61,421 nt of DNA from contig NC_068985.1 in assembly GCF_001194135.2 (NCBI RefSeq), positions 6,122,894 to 6,184,314 of the forward strand, written 5' to 3'. Below the pieces are notes generated by a model. The model had not been told where the DNA came from. It worked only from the letters and a program-made list of their open reading frames with translations, and made no database searches. How positions within the stretch are numbered: the stretch's first letter is position 1; each line of letters opens with the position of its first letter. Below, piece after piece: positions 51,592 through 61,421 of the stretch. The DNA comes from Octopus bimaculoides (lineage: Eukaryota). Both the position numbers and the translations under genes were made by a program.

Positions 51592-54500
51592 NNNNNNNNN
51601 NNNNNNNNNNNNNNNNNNNNNNNNNNNNNNNNNNNNNNNNNNNNNNNNNNNNNNNNNNNNNNNNNNNNNNNNNNNNNNNNNNNNNNNNNNNNNNNNNNNN
51701 NNNNNNNNNNNNNNNNNNNNNNNNNNNNTATATATATATATATATATATGCATATATATATGACAATGTAATTGCAAGTGTTTGGTGCAAGTCTGAAACC
51801 GCTAATATTACGCAATCTTGAAGAATTTTTGCAGAAACTGCCGTTTACATATAACTATATTCTTAAATTAACTATTCTCCTAATGCTCACAACAGTCAAC
51901 GTTGTTGGTTATTCTTTCATTTCATAGTTAGCCTCGACAGATTTCAGCGACGTCTCTGCCGTAATCTTGGGATATTCTTTTGCTTACAAAATTATGTCTT
52001 ATGATTAGGTTTTTTTTTTTTTAGTAATGGGGTAATAATCTCATTGTTCTATTAAAAATGCGTAAGAAACATTTGTAATGAGCTGATATTTATCCATCGT
52101 CTGTTACTATTCGTTTGATTATAATACTCCAAAGGGATTTACGACTTGTCGGACACCCTAGAGTATGCCAACAATGTACACTTCAACGTAACGCGTGCTT
52201 TGGACCAGCGCCTGGGCGCTACATACTCATAGGGTTGGTTTTCTCTGTGTACGCAACCGAAATATCTTATTTGATACTTACACACATATTTATACTGGCA
52301 CAGCACCCCTACTACTCAAATACTATTACGACCACACTGCCTTCTCACATCATACTAAGCTGGATTAAAAGCTCTGAAATAATCTTTTGTTATATATATA
52401 TATATCTAGCATCGATTCCTCTTGGGTGAGATAAATAAATACAACTCGTTATGTAGAAGATAAAAATAAAATCACAAAAAGGTGAAACGAACACAAATCG
52501 AAAGAAGTATATATATACTTTTTTCGATTTGTGAAAATTTGGTAAATTATACTGAGGCACATAAATACACATAAGGATATGAATTACTATTTTTAGTGTG
52601 TGAATCATTTACGCTATGAATGTAACAAACTTGTAAAACATTTATTAGTTTGCGCCGATTGAAATGTTTTCCCACCATTTTTTTGTCACTGCCGTCAGCA
52701 ACATATGCAGCCATTAAATGTAAATAACATTAAGAACAGATATTTATGAAATCGTATGATTAAAATATAGATTCTTAAAAAGCCATTAACACTTATTAAA
52801 AAGTAATCACCATAATTAAGTAAATTTTTCATTTTTTAAAATCAAATTTTGTGTATTCCAATATACGTTCTGTTTCAGTGTAAGTGACCACGAAGGAGAT
52901 TTTTTTTAATACTTCCATTTGCCTGTACGAAACCAGAATCGAACATTCCACCGGGAGAAAAGCAACGTGGATAAAATCTTGATTAAAATATACTGAAGTA
53001 ATTCAGAAAGAAGCACAAAAGTCGTAATATTAATAAATTCGACGAATTATCTCGTTTTACCCTTCACTATTGAAAAAAAAAACAGGTTAGTCGAAACTCA
53101 GAAAGAGTTACGCAGTCCAAAACAATCAATGGCCTTAAGCAAAGCTGAACAATATCATAGAAACGAAGCACTTAATGAAAATATACTCCTGTATATTTAA
53201 TTAAAAGCTGCATGGGTTTTCAATAGAATAAGAACCAGATTGTTAGAAAGTTTGCAGTGTACTTAAACATGACGAATTAGAAGAAAAAATAACACTTATT
53301 AATTAACTCAACAGCAAAATGTGTTCCAGAAACAATGCACATAAAACCAATTTCATAAGAATAACAGAAAAGACAACGATGTTTACGGGTAACAATGCTA
53401 ATATGCAAACTGAAGGTAGAAACAGAATTGCTAAAATTCAAAGAATAATGCAATTAATAAATTAAAACACAAAACAATCGTGAATTACAGCAAATTGAAT
53501 TAAATAAAAATACTTATTTCTGAAAAATGTTTAAAAATTGTGGGAAAAGTGAGAACTGCTAGAGAAAGGATAATTAGTTCTATAATTACGAAACTGAATT
53601 CCAAGAGGAACAAACTTTGAACAACCAAGCGACTAATCACCCGAAAGATCAAACAATACAAAACGAGAACAATTGCATATTTCAAAGTAACAAGTTTGCA
53701 AAATAAATCGTTTTCAATTCGGAATTAGGATCACCTCACAAAAAGAGGAAATTAATTTCCGCAAAGAAATATCCGTAGTACATTTAAACATATTAGTGAG
53801 AAAAACTAGTGTTTCACGCCGCACTGATGGCGCTACAAACACTGATAAGCAAAACGATCAAATTTACAGTAAGTTTCTTTAACACCGTTCAGAGAAATAC
53901 ACATACCTTACAAAATAGAAGTAATAAATCTAAAACATTCCCAAACATTATCTGAAGACAATATATTAGCAAAGGGAATAATATTTATATCAATATTCTC
54001 CCAGTCTAATACAAGGAAATTAAAGTAGATGATTCTCTTGTAGAGAACTAACGCAGCTGTTCTTCCCCCAACATTATGAATAAAACTTTTGTTGACATTT
54101 CTGATCAGATATTGAATTTGCGATATAATGATTCGCATAATCAAAGAAGGAAGTAAAATTACATCATTACCGGATGGGGAAAACAATAATTGCATTAAAA
54201 GAAGCCAATGCATTGATAATGAAAGTAGCTCATAAACATAGGGCAGTTATATTGGAGAATATTGAATAGAATAAGACTGTTATACCGCTGCTAAAAGACG
54301 ATGTACACCACGGAAAATGGAATGCTGTAACCAACAGAAAATAATAGATAATCATTCACCGTTGTTTTATTTATACAAAAACTGATTGGCCCATAATGAA
54401 GCCGATTACAAAATTAATTTTATGCGAGTCTAAGCTCTGATATGGCTTGGCAAATATTCATCACAAACAATAAAATAATACATGTCAGCAAAGAAACCAT

Positions 54501-55717
54501 AAGTATACTCTATCAAGAGATTTAGAATTCTGTAACATACGACTTAGATATGATTTTCGAAAACGACCAAGGAAAATATACACAAACACATATATGTATA
54601 TATGCATATATGCATATATGTATGCGTATACACACACACACACACACACACACATACACCACTAAGTTTATCATTTCTTGTTGTGAATTCAGATATAAAT
54701 CTACATCACGAATATTGAATTGGCGCGATAACATTATGGATGGAGAATTGTGCAAAACAATTGCCTGAAAGTATAGAAAGAAACAACTAATATTTGATGG
54801 ATTAAGATTTCTTCTCCAAAAAAAATATATAAGAGAACTGAGAAAATTCTAGACGATTGTTTTATTATTCACTAGAATGAATGACAACCTAGATAACGTG
54901 AATACATTTTAAACACTGCCTAACGGAATAAATTATAACATTTTAACTCGCATTAGAGTAGAGTCTAGAGACATTCCTGGTTTTACATAATTTTAGTAAT
55001 GGAAGTCAATAAGCGGACTGAATGAAACATATATTACAAAAATAAAGTTGAAAAGCAATATCTATTCTTTACGGCGAATAATCGAAACACAAGAGAATAA
55101 ATATTCCTTTTAATTTACTCAAAATGGTTTCTAAAAATTTGTTTCATATAAAATAGAGTATAAATACAAGCGATAACTCACTTCAAATTAGAGTTTAATT
55201 CTTGTCGACAGACATTATCGACCGCGTATGACAGATGTTGTACGAAGAGGAGAGATGTTTAATGTCTGGTTGCTAAGACAAAATATCACACCTGAACTTT
55301 AAAAGTTACTAAATGCCTCTGTCTACAATCCTAGACGCAAAAAAGACAAGTTTGATTCTTTAAAATGTCTTGATGTCGAAAATGTACTAAACCTATTCTG
55401 CGATCAGAATCGGTTATTAAAGAGAATACTAAGAGGAGCAAATACATGTTTATCACCACCACCACAACAACTACCACATCAGGCGCCATCACCAATCCCA
55501 CCACCATAAATTATAGATGATTCAAGTATAAGAGTAACTTTTCTTGACTTGTCCCAATTCCGAACAAGAATAACCTACTTATTATAGGTGTCCGTGCGGA
55601 AATACAATTTGTATAATATTTAAGATTTGAAGAGAATTAAATACAGGAAACCGGAAAGATCTCAGAAAGCAAATAGCACTGAATACAAGAGTAACAATAT
55701 TTTCAAAGAACCAGACG

Positions 55718-55984
55718 ATGTGCTGGCAGAAACGTTAGGACGCTGGGCTTAGCGGTATTTCGTCTGTGTTTACGTTGCCAGTTCAAATTCCGCTGAGGTC
55801 GACTTTGCCTTTCATCCTTTCGGGGCCTTAAATTTTTAGTCGGATGAATCGATACCAGTACTTATATTTTACGTCTGGTACTTATTCTATCGGTCTCTTT
55901 GGCGAACCGGTAAGTTACGGGGACGTAAAAAGACTAACACTGGTGGGTGGGAAGCAAGCATTTTATCACACAACCACTCCTGCG

Positions 55985-55987
<3 letters not shown>
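55718..55987. mobile_element. SINE A fragment (+, 55718-55830) and internally deleted SINE B (-, 55845-55987)
   Basis: Family motifs. Confidence 0.75.
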
Positions 55988-56023
<36 letters not shown>

Positions 56024-56938
56024 NNNNNNNNNNNNNNNNNNNNNNNNNNNNNNNNNNNNNNNNNNNNNNNNNNNNNNNNNNNNNNNNNNNNNNNNNNNNN
56101 NNNNNNNNNNNNNNNNNNNNNNNNNNNNNNNNNNNNNNNNNNNNNNNNNNNNNNNNNNNNNNNNNNNNNNNNNNNNNNNNNNNNNNNNNNNNNNNNNNNN
56201 NNNNNNNNNNNNNNNNNNNNNNNNNNNNNNNNNNNNNNNNNNNNNNNNNNNNNNNNNNNNNNNNNNNNNNNNNNNNNNNNNNNNNNNNNNNNNNNNNNNN
56301 NNNNNNNNNNNNNNNNNNNNNNNNNNNNNNNNNNNNNNNNNNNNNNNNNNNNNNNNNNNNNNNNNNNNNNNNNNNNNNNNNNNNNNNNNNNNNNNNNNNN
56401 NNNNNNNNNNNNNNNNNNNNNNNNNNNNNNNNNNNNNNNNNNNNNNNNNNNNNNNNNNNNNNNNNNNNNNNNNNNNNNNNNNNNNNNNNNNNNNNNNNNN
56501 NNNNNNNNNNNNNNNNNNNNNNNNNNNNNNNNNNNNNNNNNNNNNNNNNNNNNNNNNNNNNNNNNNNNNNNNNNNNNNNNNNNNNNNNNNNNNNNNNNNN
56601 NNNNNNNNNNNNNNNNNNNNNNNNNNNNNNNNNNNNNNNNNNNNNNNNNNNNNNNNNNNNNNNNNNNNNNNNNNNNNNNNNNNNNNNNNNNNNNNNNNNN
56701 NNNNNNNNNNNNNNNNNNNNNNNNNNNNNNNNNNNNNNNNNNNNNNNNNNNNNNNNNNNNNNNNNNNNNNNNNNNNNNNNNNNNNNNNNNNNNNNNNNNN
56801 NNNNNNNNNNNNNNNNNNNNNNNNNNNNNNNNNNNNNNNNNNNNNNNNNNNNNNNNNNNNNNNNNNNNNNNNNNNNNNNNNNNNNNNNNNNNNNNNNNNN
56901 NNNNNNNNNNNNNNNNNNNNNNNNNNNNNNNNNNNNNN
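56024..56938. other. Largest assembly gap (N run)
   Basis: Other gaps include 2398-2493, 7597-8032, 19751-19925, 22083-22223, 29854-30440, 41588-42062, 45816-46015, 47865-48152, 51592-51728 and 59626-59764; most are flanked by microsatellites. Confidence 0.99.
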
Positions 56939-57824
56939 TATATATATATATATATATGCATAATATGAATTATATTTATATATTCATATATACATATGTA
57001 TGTGTGTATATATGTATGTATGTTAGTATGAGTGTACCTGTGTGGTCTCTGTGTGTACGCAAAATCTGCTTCGTGTCCATCGTATTAAATGACCAGTCTA
57101 TCATTTCCATTATAAAATTTTACAGTCTCTGTATTTATTCTCAAATAAATCTCAGTTACATAGATTACTAAACAATTCCAAAATAAATTTTCCGCATATC
57201 TTTTACTGATTGCCAGAAGTCATTTCAGCCGCAGCTAAATAATCATTAATTACTTTGTCTAGTTAAATTTTATTAATTATTTGCTCGGTCAATAAATATT
57301 CACTATTTTCCCCTGATATATGCATATTACCTGCACACTTACGTAGCAGTTAAATATACACGTTTAAACACACAGTTCATTTTATAAACACATAAACATT
57401 TGTATAACTGTGAATAAAGATGTAGGCGAGCTATCACTTGTACTCTCTTCATTCACTTTTTTGATAAGAACTTTTCATTCTCACTTGTTGAATTTTAACG
57501 TTTGCAATTCTAACGTAAGTAAATAGAAAGTTATAATGCTTCTAAATGACACAGCGGAACAATAGGTTGTATATAAATTCCAACATAGAGTGCTGCAGCT
57601 AATTTATCATTTCTAATCAGTGACTGGAAACTCCTTATAAGTTAATCCTCCAAATATCTACCTATTTATCGGGTTGTCTATGTACCTGGCGAGATGTGAA
57701 TGAATTTTTCTATATATGCATATATTATATGCATTATATTATATTATATATGTGCGCGTGTGTGAGTATACATATAATATATAGCATATAATATATATAT
57801 GCCTGTATATATATTCTTTTACTT

Positions 57825-58087
57825 GTTTCAGTCATTTGAGTGCGGCCATGCTGAAGTACCACCTCACGTAGACGTACACACACCAGTATCGGTTGTCAAG
57901 CGATAGTGGGGGGATAAAACAGACATACAAGCGTACAAACACACACACACACACGTGCGAAAACACACACACACACACACACACACATATACGACAAGCG
58001 TCTTCAGTTTACATCTACCAAAATCACTCACAAAGTTTTGGTCGGCCCGAGGCTATAGTTGGAGACACTTGCCCAAGGTGCCATGCC
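57825..58087 (-). mobile_element. SINE B, internally deleted
   Basis: TTTACTTGTTTCAGTCATTTGAGTGCGGCCATGCTG ... GACACTTGCCCAAGGTGCCATGC. Confidence 0.8.
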
Positions 58088-58128
58088 AATATATAATATA
58101 TGCATGGTTATATATAATATATATCTAC

Positions 58129-58168
<40 letters not shown>

Positions 58169-58213
58169 ATATATATATGTATATACATATACATATATAC
58201 ATATGTATATATA

Positions 58214-58247
<34 letters not shown>

Positions 58248-59105
58248 CACTAATATATATCGCCATGCGTAGACGCACATACACACACGCCCCCCACGCC
58301 TACACACACTCACACGTACGCACACACACTCACACACACACACACTCACATACACACTCTTATAACGAATTCCTGCAAGTTTTTGAAAAGCCAAATGCTA
58401 ACTAGATGCATTCCAGTTGAAAAATTCTTGCTTCATTACCATTTTTTGATTAGTTTCCTCTTCGTTACAATATTAATAGGTGATTTACATTCTTCCTGGT
58501 TTGATGTTTTTGTTTGTGTTCTTTTTTTTTCGCTTTGGGATTTTGAAGTTTTACTTATACAAATTGAAGAGTTTTTCATTAGTGTCGATACGTGCTCTTG
58601 ATACACATGAGTTATTTTAAGAATAATATATTTAGCTAGGAGGGAATTCTTTCCCCTTTCATTTGTAACTATTTCCATATACACATCTCAATTTAGCACG
58701 GTGTGATAAATCCTTGTGGATAATAAAGTTAATAAAATGCCTTCAGTCTAGGCCATGAAAATATTTCTGTCTTCAATATGAAAGCTCTTCTATTTCGGTA
58801 AAATTGTATATTATTGGAAATTATGGTATCAAAAAAAAAACAAAAAAAAAACTGTGACGAAAAAAATTCAACTCGTTTCTTCTTTTTCATTAGCTGGGAG
58901 ATATTTTCTTATGAGTTAATTTGCAACTGAAAATCAATTTAGTGAAGTATTCCATTTAAAATTTTTGAAACATAAATTACTCGAAATTTTTGTCTTTCCT
59001 AGTTGCTCACATCATAAGCACCGGCGAAACATATTTTAGCATGGGATTTGATACTTAACATTGATGCATACATACATGCAGGCTTATTCATATATATTTA
59101 AATAG

Positions 59106-59137
<32 letters not shown>

Positions 59138-59232
59138 TTATACATTTATATACGCCCATACATATATATATGGGTATGTATATATACTTACATATATATA
59201 CTTACCTATATACATACGTATGTATGAGTCTT

Positions 59233-59468
<236 letters not shown>

Positions 59469-59764
59469 CACAAGTACTATAATATTTTTAGGATCTCCCA
59501 AAAAAAAATTTTGCTGAACCTTCTGATTCTTTTAATGTGCTAGTTTCCTGGTATTAAATTGATATTAATTAATATCGAATTTTTACCATATTATGTTAAT
59601 TATCTCTCTCTCTCTCTCTCTCTCTNNNNNNNNNNNNNNNNNNNNNNNNNNNNNNNNNNNNNNNNNNNNNNNNNNNNNNNNNNNNNNNNNNNNNNNNNNN
59701 NNNNNNNNNNNNNNNNNNNNNNNNNNNNNNNNNNNNNNNNNNNNNNNNNNNNNNNNNNNNNNNN

Positions 59765-59808
<44 letters not shown>

Positions 59809-60938
59809 GTGTGTGTAAATATATGGGAATCGGAATTAGTTATCGTGCATAATATTTTTGATTACAAGCCAAATTTGATTTAAGGAAACATTATTTAGTG
59901 AATTAATATATTATAGTAAATCAATAAAATTAATGATTGAAACGAAATATGAATTAATAATAATATAACAGTTCTATTGAAAGTATATTATACTTGATAC
60001 TTTGTAGTGCAGTATTAGAATGTTATAAGGCTTATGCTAAATTTGATATGACTAAATTTATCAACAATTAAAATTCAGCATCGTATTTGGTAGTTGAATT
60101 TGATATTTACAGCCGTCATGTAATAAAATTGCTTCAGCATCTAAAGAAAGATATTTTTGTTTACGAAACATTGTTCTTCCCCTTAACGAATTGAACCTTA
60201 AATTTATTTTGTTTCATTGTGATTTGACTATGCTATTTATCTAACATATAAATAACAAAAACATGAAGACGTGAACGTATCTATTACGCTTATTTGGGAT
60301 TTGTGACGGTAAACCAGCGAGCTGAAATGCTAGCAAGACAATAAGAATCATTTTTGCAAATGATCACCTCTCAAGTTTGATTACATAAATAGCCTTTTCT
60401 ACTGAAAAATTGAAGATGTAAAATGTATCTAGAATACAATAACAATTTAAATTGAAAGTAATTGCATTAATTGATTTTAAGATGTTGCTTTTATAATCCT
60501 TTAATATTTTTGCGTATCTCATATCATAAATTATACTCTGATGTTTTTTTGCTTAAAGTTTTTTTAAAATTTATTTTGTATTTGATATTTTGATAACTTT
60601 ATGCCTCCTTAGATTTCATATCAAGACACCTACCCCATCCAAATACTCTGCCTGTTTGTACTTTGTATTTAAAAGCATCGCAATACAGATTTTCTTTGAT
60701 ATAACATAGAAGCGTGGCTATTCTAGCATACACTGCAATGAGGTAAAATATTATTGTTATATTAACGGATCTTAAATTCGAAATGATAGAATTAAAATAC
60801 GTTTTGCTAAAACAAATATCTGTTTCATATCATGAATAATATAAAGGTTTTTATATGAAGAAAGTGCACAAGCTTGAGTGGGAAAAGTGATGAGCTGAAA
60901 TTTGTAAGAGACTACTCCTAGATCATAATGAGGTCATG

Positions 60939-60942
<4 letters not shown>

Positions 60943-61024
<82 letters not shown>

Positions 61025-61035
61025 AATAACATAGA

Positions 61036-61065
<30 letters not shown>
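60943..61065. repeat. (AAT)n microsatellite upstream of an R4/Dong element
   Basis: Direct reading. Confidence 0.95.
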
Positions 61066-61067
<2 letters not shown>

Positions 61068-61421
61068 AATACCATAGAAACCATCAAGCAAAAGGTATGT
61101 GCTAAAGCTGCCCGCATAGCAAGGTATGAAAAGCGTGTTAAATTCTTCCGAGATAATAACATGTTCAAAAATAACCCCAAAAATTTCTACAGGAAGATAG
61201 GGAAAACACCAGTAACAATAAAGTCTGTCCCATCAAAAGAAGAAGTGCAAGAATTTTGGAATAAAATCTGGGCAGAAGATAAAACACACAATGAAAAGGC
61301 CCCTTGGATTGATAGAATAGCTACAGACCTAGACTCCTTAGAGGAGCAAAAGTGGGAGGGGGTCAGGGTAGAAGATATAAGATCTGCTCTCAGGAGGTCA
61401 AGCAAATGGAAGTCTCCAGGA
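61066..61421 (+). mobile_element. R4/Dong-like RLE retrotransposon, 5'-truncated, open frame running off the window
   Basis: Stop-free TIETIKQKVCAKAARIARYEKRVKFFRDNNMFKNNPKNFYRKIG...PSKEEVQEFWNKIW...IRSALRRSSKWKSPG (region just before RT). Confidence 0.9.

Larger units (their letters stand above)
50309..52007 (+). repeat. Diverged direct repeat pair (~160 bp)
   Basis: 50309-50468 versus 51853-52007; shared ATTTCATAGTTAGCCTCGAC and CTTGGGATAT cores. Confidence 0.75.

Noticed and set aside
55844-56968. Longest ORFs in the track (also 29663-30558, 41482-42281, 7520-8239)
   Set aside because: Mostly X from N gaps.

Overview
AT-rich eukaryotic (metazoan) DNA, dense in microsatellites and broken by many N gaps. 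The repeat families look like those of octopus or another coleoid cephalopod; this is recognition from memory, not a database result. I found no host gene exon I can support, so the window reads as intergenic or deep intronic. Most ORFs in the track are translations of microsatellites or gaps. Recognisable content: (i) about 25 copies or fragments of two tRNA-derived SINE families (A and B) and one copy of a third; (ii) fragments of non-LTR retrotransposons: R4/Dong-like RLE elements (two starting directly after (AAT)n arrays), NeSL/CRE-like 3' ends, a Tx1/L1-like 5' end, and decayed RTE-like pieces; (iii) mariner/Tc1 transposase relics and MITEs; (iv) several fold-back elements. The most interesting signal is a set of minimal type I hammerhead ribozyme (HHR) motifs in inverted-repeat elements. 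One is a composite element, present twice, in which a tRNA-derived Pol III head and an (AAT)n spacer precede a well-formed HHR (804-848), with an inverted copy of the 3' part placed upstream. An unrelated ~190-bp hairpin carries an HHR core in each arm (46735-46927). These look like Penelope-dependent SINE/retrozyme-like elements. All calls were made by eye; coordinates of decayed repeats are approximate.
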